Assembly: GCA_944393745.1 (NCBI GenBank)
Contig: CALYBD010000005.1
Span: 11,165 to 75,164 of the forward strand
Reading direction: 5' to 3'
DNA from: an uncultured Alphaproteobacteria bacterium
GTDB lineage: Bacteria; Pseudomonadota; Alphaproteobacteria; CAAGCB01; CAG-977
Length of the DNA: 64,000 nucleotides
The notes below the pieces were generated by a model. That model was not told where the DNA came from. It saw only the letters and a list, made by a program, of their open reading frames with translations, and did not search any database. Numbering within the stretch: the first letter of the stretch is position 1; every line of letters begins with the position of its first letter. Made by a program: the position numbers and the translations under genes. This document shows positions 28,701 through 36,235 of this stretch, in pieces.

Positions 28701-31700
28701 TCGGTGTCGACGGCCAGATTGTTGACAAAGACGGGAATCCCGTTTTAGGTCCCGACGGAAAGCCTTTGCGTTATCGTGCCGGCGGTTCTGTCGTTGAAGA
28801 CGGCGGAGAAGTGATCGGAAAAATCGGCGAGACTCTGGAACGTCTGGTTTATGATGAAAACGGCAATGTGATCGGCCGGGTATTGCCGGACGGAACGGTC
28901 GTTGATTTGGAAGGCAACGTGATCGGCACGATGCGTCCGGACGGCACGGTGGTGGATAAAGACGGCAATGTGATCGGCAGGGCAGGTCAGCCGGAACGTC
29001 TGGTTTATGATGAAAACGGTAATTTAATCGGTCGCGTATTGCCGGACGGAACGGTCGTCGATCTGAAAGGCAACGTGATCGGCCGTGTTCAGGACGACGG
29101 TACGGTGACGGCTTTGGGCTCTAAAGTGATCGGCTATACGGTCAAAGACGGTCTGGGACTGAACTTTAAAAATGAAATTATCGGTAAAATCAATTCTTCC
29201 GGTCAGCTTAAAGAACCCGGTTCGGATAAATCTTTGGGTTTTTTGCAGGCAGATGACACCATTACGGACGCAACGAATACCGTTATCGGCAAAGGGGTTG
29301 TTAATGCCGTTCCCATTGGTCTGCAATGTCAGATGCTGGGGACGATTGACGATAACGGGCAGGTTATTGATACAACGGGACGGCAGATCGGCCGGCTGAA
29401 TTATGATCGTTCTTTGGTTAATGCTTCGAATGCTCAGATCGGTTTGGCTTTGGGGCAGGAATCCATTATTAATGAACCGTGTGAGATTATCGGGCAGATT
29501 ACGACCGAAGGAAAAGCAGTCGATACCAAAGGTCAGGAAATCGGCTGTGTTGATTTTGAAGGGCTGGTAAAAGATAAAAACGGAAAACGACTGGGACGAA
29601 TCGTTCAGAAAGGACAGGTGCGCGGCCCCGATGATCAGATTATCGGCAGGATCGTTGCCAACGGTGAAGCGTTGGGATCTCAGGGGGACGTGTTAGGGTG
29701 TTTTTCGATTGACGGTGCCGTTTTGGATAAAAATAAAAAAATCCTGGGGGTTTCTGCCGACATGAAATATGCCATTGACGATCAGGGGAAAGTCATTGCT
29801 CATATTTTGGGCGGCACGTACGGCGTTAATCCTGCAGGCGGATCTTTTGTCGGTATGTTAAACGGGCAAAATCTGATCGGCGCAGAAAATCGTCAGTTGG
29901 GCGTACTTGTTCCTGCCGGCAGAAAAGTCATTGCAACGGACGGTAAGATTGTCGGAACCGTTCTGCCGCGCGGGCAGGTTCATAATGACCGCGGAGAAGA
30001 TGTCGGTTATGCCACTTCGTCCATGCGAGTTTTAACCGCAGATCGTAAATTTTTGGGACGCGTCGTCCCGATCGGCGAAGAATGTAAAGACGGTAAAAAC
30101 AACGTTGTCGGTACCGTCCACTTTGACGGCACGATTATTGACGAAAGAAAACAGGTCTTAGGACGTTTGCTGGCCAGCGGCCAGGCTTTGGACAATTCCG
30201 GTGCTCATTTATGTATGATTTCTTTGATCAGTACAAATGATGACGGGTCTTTGTTCCCGAAAGGGTTGATCGGAAAAATGGTTTACGGTCCGGACGGAAA
30301 GCCGTTGGGTGTTATCGGTGAAGACGGGTTTATTCGTGATGCAAACGGTAATATTATCGGACGTGTTTTGCCGGACGGCACGGTCGTCGATTTGGACGGC
30401 AACGTGATCGGCAAGGCTTATCCGAAAGGGGCTGTTTTCAGTCCTGACGGTAAATTTTTGGGTATTGTTGACGCAGACGGGTATTTGCGGGACGAAAACG
30501 GCAATATCATCGGCAGAATGTTGCCGGACGGTACCGTTGTCGATATGAACGGTAACATTATCGGCCGGGCTTTGCAGGAAGACGGTATTGTCGATTCAAA
30601 AGGGAATTTCCTGACAAAAGCAGGCGAAGACCGTTTGGTTTATGATGCCAACGGCAACGTGATCGGACGTGTTTTGCCGGACGGTACCGTTGTTGATTTA
30701 AAGGGGAACGTTATCGGCAGAATGTTGCCGGACGGTACGGTCGTTGATGCAAACGGCAATGTGATCGGTCGGGCGGGGCCGCCCGAGCGTTTGGCCTATG
30801 ATGCGAACGGCAATGTGATCGGTCGGGTATTGCCGGACGGTACCGTTGTTGATTTTAAAGGCAATGTAATCGGAAGAGTACAGCCCGACGGGACAATTGT
30901 TGATGCGACCGGGAAAGTTATCGGTCGGGCCGGGCCGCCTGTTGAGGCAAAAAATGTTCGTATTGCTGTCGGGCGTGACGGTAAATTTTTGGGTGTTGTC
31001 GGTGAAGACGGTCTTGTCCGTGACGAAAACGGCAATGTGATCGGCCGGGTATTGCCGGACGGAACGGTTGTTGACATGAACGGAAATGTAATCGGTTCTG
31101 TGATTGAAGGAGAACCGATGCGTGATGCAAACGGCAATATTATCGGTGTTATCATGCCGGACGGCCGCGTTGTTGATTTAGACGGCAATGTGATCGGTCG
31201 CATTAATGCAAACGGGGAAATCGTTGATGCGGACGGAACGGTTTTGGGCACATGGCGCGGCGGGAAACTGACGGCAATGAGCGATAAGCTGCAGAAAAAA
31301 CGTTTTGCGTTCGGCAAGGACGGCAAAAGAATCGGTATGATTATGCCGGACGGAACGGTTGTTGATGAAAACGGCAATATTATCGGTCGCGTTGATGAAG
31401 ACGGTAATGTGGTCGATTTAGACGGCAACATCATCGGGACGGTTGAAGAACCGTCTGCGGGAGGGCCGGCAGAAGAAGATAAAAAAGAAGGCAGTGTTTC
31501 CATTTTTGGTGCTTTTGATCCGGAAAATTACCGGTATCGCGGTAAATCTTTGGGATCCGGCGGCGGTACGGGAAAAGGGGAACGTTATGATCCCGCCCGC
31601 ATAAAACAGCTTCGGGCATTGCAATTGGCTTATCGTCGTCAGATCAGACCCGGACGGGGGATCGGCATTGCCTCGACCGAAGAAGATTTGCTGAAAAAGC

Positions 31701-32728
31701 AAAAACGCAGCAAAAGTTGGGCTGATTTGGGTGTGCTGAAGAATGTATCATCATATCGTGTCAATATGGATAATATGATTTTGGCGGATAAAGCCATACC
31801 GGCCGTTTTGGCGCGTTCCATTGATACGGAACAGGAAGATATTCCCATTTCCGCAATTGTTGAACGCAACATTTATTCGGAATCGGGACGTAAAATTATT
31901 ATTCCCGCCGGCAGCCGTGTTATTGGCGAACTCAGCGGTTCTTCGGCCAGTGAAGAAGTCGGAGCGGCTTCAAAAGTCGAAATTTCCTGGACACGCCTGA
32001 TTCGTCCGGACGGTGCGGCGTTCCAGTTTGACGAAGGATCTTCGGGTGATGCTTCCGGTCGTGCGGGCGTCGGCGCGTATATGGACCGACAGTTGATGAA
32101 GAAATACGGACTGCCGATGGTTCAGTCGACAATTACTTCTGCAATTTTGTATGCCATGGCAACGGATGACGCGGCCGAAGTCGGATCAGAAGGTGAAGTT
32201 GCCATGTCGGGTCGTCAGCAGGCGGCTGAAGATGCACGTACCAGATTTTCCGATACGATGCAGCAGATTTTTGATGATATCATCAGTGAAACGTCACAGT
32301 TAAAAACGCGCTTGTTTGTTCCTTCCGGTACACGAATTACGATTTTTGCAAACGCGGATTTATGGCTGCGCAGTGAAGCAGAAGATGAAGATGAAGCGTC
32401 TATCGGCAAGAAAGATGTTTTGATTGATCCAGATAAAGATGATGACAGAAATGTTGTTGATGATCCTTCTACGATTTCTTCGGGTACGACGACTCCGCAT
32501 GATCCGAACGCTCAAAATGTCCAAAATGATCCAAATAACTTGCAACAACAGCAGCAAATTTACTATAATAATTATGCTGGTCAGCAGGCGCCGCAACAGC
32601 AACAGCCTCCGCAGGGCAGATTGATCGACAGTAATAAGCAGCAACAACAACAGCAGCAGCCACTTCCGCCGCCGATTATACAGGAAAAGAAAGAAGAACC
32701 GGTTGATCCCGTTCCCGAACTTTTCTAA
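25703..32728 (+). CDS. virB10: Giant T4SS VirB10-like protein (about 2,340 aa): N-terminal TM anchor, a beta-rich domain, an internal repeat array of about 1,700 aa, a canonical VirB10/TrbI C-terminal domain, and a Q/P-rich tail
   Basis: Likely ATG at 25703 overlapping the virB9 stop (ATGA); the track starts at the GTG at 25682. TM helix LLIVGIIAFLAFLTGVIVLL. The C-terminal block IIPAGSRVIGELSG...KVEISWTRLIRPDGAAFQFDEGSSGDASGRAGVGAYMDRQLMKKYG matches the conserved VirB10/TrbI signature (IPAG-R-IGE...W-RLI-PDG....G.D..GRAG..G). Confidence 0.8.
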   Translation: MNEDLLSSSDRYLKKSNRTLLIVGIIAFLAFLTGVIVLLSGEEERKKDAEVTIEGSAESSSSIVGGDADTFSLPEEATASTVRLVVTPETMRFDQVVLGTMAEGTLTLSASSGRISVTAIEFENKQEDGFVLENKCRKDIVLTGDVTCNVVVRWEPKTARTIQSNLAVRWTDETFGGIGRKVIVPISAMAIDTSMCGVCDEVPGSSGSMLDQLRQKGRVILGPDGKPIGYADENGVVYGLDGKRIGTLREDGTVVDDQGYVIGVAEGSRIAIGPNGEILGTILPDGRVIDKDGRLIGYALPDGTIVDENGNVIGSAIKTGIAYDKNGNPIGRIMPDGTVVDDEGNVIGYVNPDGTIVDANGNIIGSVAPQGTVVDASGKPLGIVMPDGTVVDADGNIIGRTLPNGFVVDRDGNIIGRVVKEGLAIGPGCRMIGRISTDGSVMSSNRQVGRLTASMTVVDMAGNPIGGYVEEGALIDWAGKIIGKVDQDGHPVSFKGDPLGCLTPYGTVVNDSEEIIAAVLPKGTVVGTQCGVVGRVMPDGSVVGDGQIKGRILPDKSFLSTEGKIAGALARQNVGVGPGCMSLGYVNLDGQVMTAKGELVGCLAANGEILDNQKVVLGKILDSAVAINPDGRVVGVMDPVGRIQDKEGKILGCADPDGLVINSKNESVGIMMPTGGVLDRDGRTIGWVMPDGSVSNGKNSTVGKVMPDGTVIDLTGQTVARVAPYKGLALRGSCEPVGNVLIDGRVVDNEFKRTAYIRMDDSLANEAGDFVGRIAYGARGISAKDVYLGATGNDGTLYNPAGEKIGCLRPDSLFVDAENKFLGAALPEGVAVNDKSELYARGDSIAKALDLKGSEFIGSVTLSGFIKEGDRISGGIIPDRADVLDIKTSEKIGRLLPDGTALDLLSRYLGRLRMPSGEIVNKDGRVVGKIFVGMRQVIGPNGEILGVVMPDGTVVDASGRVIGKADLNGKVVDKDGRVIGEVIPVGQPIIGPDGKIIGYVGVDGQIVDKDGNPVLGPDGKPLRYRAGGSVVEDGGEVIGKIGETLERLVYDENGNVIGRVLPDGTVVDLEGNVIGTMRPDGTVVDKDGNVIGRAGQPERLVYDENGNLIGRVLPDGTVVDLKGNVIGRVQDDGTVTALGSKVIGYTVKDGLGLNFKNEIIGKINSSGQLKEPGSDKSLGFLQADDTITDATNTVIGKGVVNAVPIGLQCQMLGTIDDNGQVIDTTGRQIGRLNYDRSLVNASNAQIGLALGQESIINEPCEIIGQITTEGKAVDTKGQEIGCVDFEGLVKDKNGKRLGRIVQKGQVRGPDDQIIGRIVANGEALGSQGDVLGCFSIDGAVLDKNKKILGVSADMKYAIDDQGKVIAHILGGTYGVNPAGGSFVGMLNGQNLIGAENRQLGVLVPAGRKVIATDGKIVGTVLPRGQVHNDRGEDVGYATSSMRVLTADRKFLGRVVPIGEECKDGKNNVVGTVHFDGTIIDERKQVLGRLLASGQALDNSGAHLCMISLISTNDDGSLFPKGLIGKMVYGPDGKPLGVIGEDGFIRDANGNIIGRVLPDGTVVDLDGNVIGKAYPKGAVFSPDGKFLGIVDADGYLRDENGNIIGRMLPDGTVVDMNGNIIGRALQEDGIVDSKGNFLTKAGEDRLVYDANGNVIGRVLPDGTVVDLKGNVIGRMLPDGTVVDANGNVIGRAGPPERLAYDANGNVIGRVLPDGTVVDFKGNVIGRVQPDGTIVDATGKVIGRAGPPVEAKNVRIAVGRDGKFLGVVGEDGLVRDENGNVIGRVLPDGTVVDMNGNVIGSVIEGEPMRDANGNIIGVIMPDGRVVDLDGNVIGRINANGEIVDADGTVLGTWRGGKLTAMSDKLQKKRFAFGKDGKRIGMIMPDGTVVDENGNIIGRVDEDGNVVDLDGNIIGTVEEPSAGGPAEEDKKEGSVSIFGAFDPENYRYRGKSLGSGGGTGKGERYDPARIKQLRALQLAYRRQIRPGRGIGIASTEEDLLKKQKRSKSWADLGVLKNVSSYRVNMDNMILADKAIPAVLARSIDTEQEDIPISAIVERNIYSESGRKIIIPAGSRVIGELSGSSASEEVGAASKVEISWTRLIRPDGAAFQFDEGSSGDASGRAGVGAYMDRQLMKKYGLPMVQSTITSAILYAMATDDAAEVGSEGEVAMSGRQQAAEDARTRFSDTMQQIFDDIISETSQLKTRLFVPSGTRITIFANADLWLRSEAEDEDEASIGKKDVLIDPDKDDDRNVVDDPSTISSGTTTPHDPNAQNVQNDPNNLQQQQQIYYNNYAGQQAPQQQQPPQGRLIDSNKQQQQQQQPLPPPIIQEKKEEPVDPVPELF
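26350..31450 (+). repeat. In-frame tandem repeat array inside virB10: on the order of 100 units of about 17 aa (consensus LPDGTVVDxxGNVIGRx, two G-x-(V/I)-(V/I) half-units), with higher-order units of about 50 aa
   Basis: Visible directly in the translation (for example RVLPDGTVVDLKGNVIGRMLPDGTVVDANGNVIGRAGPPERLAYDANGNVIGR...) and at DNA level, with related copies at 28848-29085 and 30625-30950. The repeat generates many spurious antisense ORFs. Confidence 0.9.
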
Positions 32729-32746
32729 ATTGAAAAGGATATTGAA

Positions 32747-33724
32747 ATGAGTATGGATTCTTTTCAGGTTTTAAGATCGACATTGCGTTATCTGTCATAT
32801 TGGTATGAACAAGATAACGTCGAAGAAGTCGCGATTAACCGTCCGAACGAAATTTGGTTGCGTTTGCGCGGACGCAGGGCTCATCCTTGGGCATGCCAGC
32901 AGGACGCCAATCTGTCCAGAACGTATCTGACGGACATCATGCATATTATCGCCAACACGTTTGAACTGCCGTTTGATCCCGAACAGGGATCGCCGGCCGT
33001 GTATGCCACGCTGCCGGGCGATCACCGTTTTACGGGAATTGCGGGCAAAAACGTTATGTATGATAACGAGGATCTGACCGGCGGTATTGCCATGTGCGTT
33101 CGTGTTCATTCCGATGATGTGAAATTCGGATTGGGGGATTACGGCCTGAAATCGGGGGAACGCCTGCAAAAGCTTAATAAATTGAAAGAAGTTGAAAATC
33201 CGGAAGATCCGTATGAACGCCTGATTTTATCAATTAAGCGCGGCGACCATATTTTGGTTTCCGGGGCAACGGCAACCGGTAAAACGACATTTTTGAATAA
33301 CCTGCTGACCATTTTGGATTCGCATAAACGGGTAATTACGATTGAAGATACCCGCGAATTAATTGTGCCGCATCCCAACCATGTACATTTGGTGTTATCG
33401 CGTACGGAACAAACAAACACAATGACATATCCGAAATTGATTGACCTGGTTGTTCGTTTTACGCCGGATGCGATTATCGGCGGGGAAATTTCAACGGCTA
33501 ATGCCGGGGCGTTGTGGGAATTGATGGGATCCGGGCATGACAACTGCTTTGCGACAATTCACGCCGAAAATTCCGAAGCGGCCTATAAAGCGTTTACGGA
33601 TCGTATTCTGCATTGCTATCCGACGATTGACCGTGAAAAAACAATTGCCGAAATGCATGATAAGCTGCGGGTGGTTCAGATCAATCGTCAGGGAAATATC
33701 CGTGCCGTGACAGAAGTGACCTAA
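32747..33724 (+). CDS. virB11: T4SS ATPase VirB11 (traffic ATPase)
   Basis: Walker A GATATGKTT, Asp box IEDTRELIV, His box GSGHDNCFATIHA; 325 aa; directly downstream of virB10. Confidence 0.85.
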   Translation: MSMDSFQVLRSTLRYLSYWYEQDNVEEVAINRPNEIWLRLRGRRAHPWACQQDANLSRTYLTDIMHIIANTFELPFDPEQGSPAVYATLPGDHRFTGIAGKNVMYDNEDLTGGIAMCVRVHSDDVKFGLGDYGLKSGERLQKLNKLKEVENPEDPYERLILSIKRGDHILVSGATATGKTTFLNNLLTILDSHKRVITIEDTRELIVPHPNHVHLVLSRTEQTNTMTYPKLIDLVVRFTPDAIIGGEISTANAGALWELMGSGHDNCFATIHAENSEAAYKAFTDRILHCYPTIDREKTIAEMHDKLRVVQINRQGNIRAVTEVT

Positions 33725-33764
33725 AAGTACGCCTGCGAATTACTTTTCAGTTAGGATCTGGTTT

Positions 33765-35252
33765 TTGCGTTTAAGTTTTACACTTTATATTTCCGGTTAT
33801 CTTTTGTTGTTTCTGGGGATTTCCATGCTTATTCCGGCAGGATTGGATTATGCCCAGGGGCGGGGTGATTTTGCGTTTTCTTTCGTAAAGTCGTCGGGTG
33901 TAACAGTGTTTTGGGGAACATTGTTTGTTCTGGCTTTCAAGGGGGTTTATAAAAAACTGACTCTTGCTCAGATGTATTTGGCAACGACATTATCGTGGAT
34001 TTTGATGTGTTCTTTTGCCGCAATACCGTTTGTCTTTGCGCCGTATTCCATTTCGTATACGGATGCTTTTTTTGAATCAATGTCCGGATTAACGACTTCG
34101 GGAGCAACGATCTATTCTGATTTGACGCTTTGTTCGAACGGTATTATTTTATGGCGCAGTTTGTTGCATTGGTTTGGCGGACTGGGAATTGTCGCGTTGG
34201 CCATGCTGTTGTTGCCGTTTTTAAGAATAGGCGGCATGCAGTTGTTTCAGATGGAAAGTTCTGATAAAAACGATAAAGTAAAGCCCAGAACGGTACAGGT
34301 TATCGGGACAATTACGGTTGTTTATGTCGTTGTTACGGCGTTATGCGTGGCATGCCTGTTATTAACGGAATTGGATTTTTTTGAAGCATTGAATTTCAGT
34401 ATGGCCAGTATTTCCACCGGCGGTTTTGCCCCGCGCAATACGTCGGCCGTTGATTTGTCCCCTGCGGCGCAGTATATCATAGCCTTTTTTATGTTTATTT
34501 CGGGTATGCCGTTGTTTTCCTTATATTTTATTTATAAAAGGGAATGGAAAAAAGTCACGGAAGATATTCAGATCAAAACTTATTTTTGGGTTGTTGCCGC
34601 TTTAACCGCCGTTGTGACGGCATGGCTGATGATCCATTATCCGGAAACGGATTTTTTCAAAATTTTCAGGACGACTTTATTTAATGTTATTTCGATTATT
34701 TCTTCCACCGGTTTTAACGCATCGAATTTGGAAACGGGCGGAGCCTTTGTTATTTGCATTTATTCGCTGCTGACGGTCATCGGCGCTTGTACCGGATCAA
34801 CCAGCGGCGGCATAAAAATCTTTCGTTTCAACATCCTGGCCATAACCGTTATTCAGTCGCTGCGCCAAAAAATAATGCCGCATACGGTTTTAATGCCTAA
34901 ATTTAACAATCGTCCGCTGACAACGGACGTTGTTTTCAGCGTGGTTGTGTTCATGGTGATGTTCTTTTTAACATCTGTTGTTTCCATTTTACTGTTGTCG
35001 ATGTACGGCTTGGATTTTTTAACATCGGTTTCTTCGGTTTTTTCGGCGATCGGAAATACGGGAATCGGACTGGGCCCCGTTGTCGGCAGTTCCGGAGGCG
35101 GTTATTGTTCTTTGCCGACTTTTGTTAAGTGGGTTTTATCCGCAGATATGCTTTTGGGGCGTTTGGAATTTATGAGCATTTTTATTTTGATTATGCCCAT
35201 GACGTGGCGTCGCAACAGTTTAAAGCGCACCAAGTCAGAAACGGCGCTTTAA
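33765..35252 (+). CDS. trkH: TrkH/KtrB-family potassium uptake protein
   Basis: A TTG start is the only in-frame start before TM1. Repeated membrane-pore-membrane architecture with glycine-containing selectivity-filter motifs (SGLTTSGAT, STGGFA, SSTGFN, GNTGIG). Confidence 0.8.
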   Translation: MRLSFTLYISGYLLLFLGISMLIPAGLDYAQGRGDFAFSFVKSSGVTVFWGTLFVLAFKGVYKKLTLAQMYLATTLSWILMCSFAAIPFVFAPYSISYTDAFFESMSGLTTSGATIYSDLTLCSNGIILWRSLLHWFGGLGIVALAMLLLPFLRIGGMQLFQMESSDKNDKVKPRTVQVIGTITVVYVVVTALCVACLLLTELDFFEALNFSMASISTGGFAPRNTSAVDLSPAAQYIIAFFMFISGMPLFSLYFIYKREWKKVTEDIQIKTYFWVVAALTAVVTAWLMIHYPETDFFKIFRTTLFNVISIISSTGFNASNLETGGAFVICIYSLLTVIGACTGSTSGGIKIFRFNILAITVIQSLRQKIMPHTVLMPKFNNRPLTTDVVFSVVVFMVMFFLTSVVSILLLSMYGLDFLTSVSSVFSAIGNTGIGLGPVVGSSGGGYCSLPTFVKWVLSADMLLGRLEFMSIFILIMPMTWRRNSLKRTKSETAL

Positions 35253-35261
35253 AGTCGGGGA

Positions 35262-35684
35262 TTATTTTTGTTCGGCCGATGCGGAAGGGGCTTGTTCTTT
35301 TTCATTTTGCTGTTGTGCCCGGCGCAGACTTTGTTCGTTTAATCCGCGGGCAATATTCATGTTGATGCTGATCAAAATTTCCAAAGACTGAGCCGATGGT
35401 TTTGCCATAACGGCGAAAGTATGCTTAAAAATAAAATGAGCCAGATTAAAAATATTTTGTTTGATTTCCAACGGCAGCGGATTGGATTCTTCCGTTGCGC
35501 CGGTGACCAGAATTGTCCACAATTTTCTGTTCAGATCCAGGGCTTCATGCAATTCGGCGGTCGGCACGGGCCAGCGTTCTTTGATTGTGTTCAGCCGGGA
35601 AGCCGTTCGGATCAAAGCGCGGGCTTCCAGTTCGTTTTGGGGCAGGGCGGAAGATTCTGTGGCAGCATACGGATTGATGGTCAT
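35262..35684 (-). CDS. flaF: Flagellar biosynthesis regulator FlaF
   Basis: 140 aa protein; LEARALIRTASRL...LNRKLWTILVTGATEESNPLPLEIKQNIFNLAHFIF matches the FlaF family pattern. Confidence 0.7.
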   Translation of the reverse strand: MTINPYAATESSALPQNELEARALIRTASRLNTIKERWPVPTAELHEALDLNRKLWTILVTGATEESNPLPLEIKQNIFNLAHFIFKHTFAVMAKPSAQSLEILISINMNIARGLNEQSLRRAQQQNEKEQAPSASAEQK

Positions 35685-35746
35685 GACGGGCTCCTTTTTA
35701 AAAACAAAATTATGATAACCGAAGGTGTGTTAAAAAGCAAAAATCT

Positions 35747-36235
35747 TTGCTAAATTATAAAAATGAAAAGATTAAAGATGGGTTGAATATGACGGAAAAC
35801 GAAGACGTTTTTTCATGGGAAGGCGATGCCTGTCGCGATATGGTGACATATCGTTTTATTGAATTGTCCGGGACTGCTTTGGCCGTGGCGTTTGAACAGG
35901 ATCCGGAACTGCGTAAAAAATACGCTTTATGGCTGTCACAAAAAGAGATCGGAACAAAGCCGGTCATTTTATATACCTTTGAATTGGAACACGATGATGA
36001 GGTTTCTGTTTTTGCCATGCCGCGGGAAAATCATTTTCTGGTGCGGTTTCATACCTCATTGTTTGAAACATTGGTTTCAATCGTTTATGATATGGAATTA
36101 ATGAATATCCGTGCGGCCAGAATCGTGATGTTCACCGGCAAAGCTTTGTATGCCGTTTCATGGGCAGAGGCCTTGCATGACATATGGGGCGATGAGTTTA
36201 TGGCTTTGATGCGTTCAAAAGGAGATGATGCATGA
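35747..36235 (+). CDS. Hypothetical protein
   Basis: ORF with an ATGA overlap onto the downstream gene. The start may be the internal Met at 35789. No family I recognise. Confidence 0.4.
   Translation: MLNYKNEKIKDGLNMTENEDVFSWEGDACRDMVTYRFIELSGTALAVAFEQDPELRKKYALWLSQKEIGTKPVILYTFELEHDDEVSVFAMPRENHFLVRFHTSLFETLVSIVYDMELMNIRAARIVMFTGKALYAVSWAEALHDIWGDEFMALMRSKGDDA

Noticed and set aside
26024-32663. More than 20 predicted ORFs of 60-235 aa on both strands inside the virB10 region (for example 30796-31503 minus, 26746-27090 minus, 32360-32650 minus)
   Set aside because: They are frame-shifted or antisense read-throughs of the long low-complexity tandem repeat, which lacks stop codons in several frames. 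Their proteins are repetitive mirror images (PSG/TTVPSG...) with no start or RBS context, and they lie entirely within a well-supported 7 kb gene.
25703-32728. Possibility that the regular repeat array is a CRISPR array or a mobile-element terminal-repeat cluster
   Set aside because: The repeats are in frame and translate into a coherent protein motif with no unique spacers of constant length. No cas genes, transposase or integrase is nearby. The array is flanked by conserved VirB10 N- and C-terminal domains.
35747-36235. Initial reading of this ORF as FlbT, the usual partner of FlaF
   Set aside because: The sequence shows no similarity to the FlbT N-terminal pattern (MxLKLxLKPxExxxxNGAVxxNGDRR). 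It is on the opposite strand from flaF and coupled to a solute-binding-protein gene instead. Left as hypothetical.
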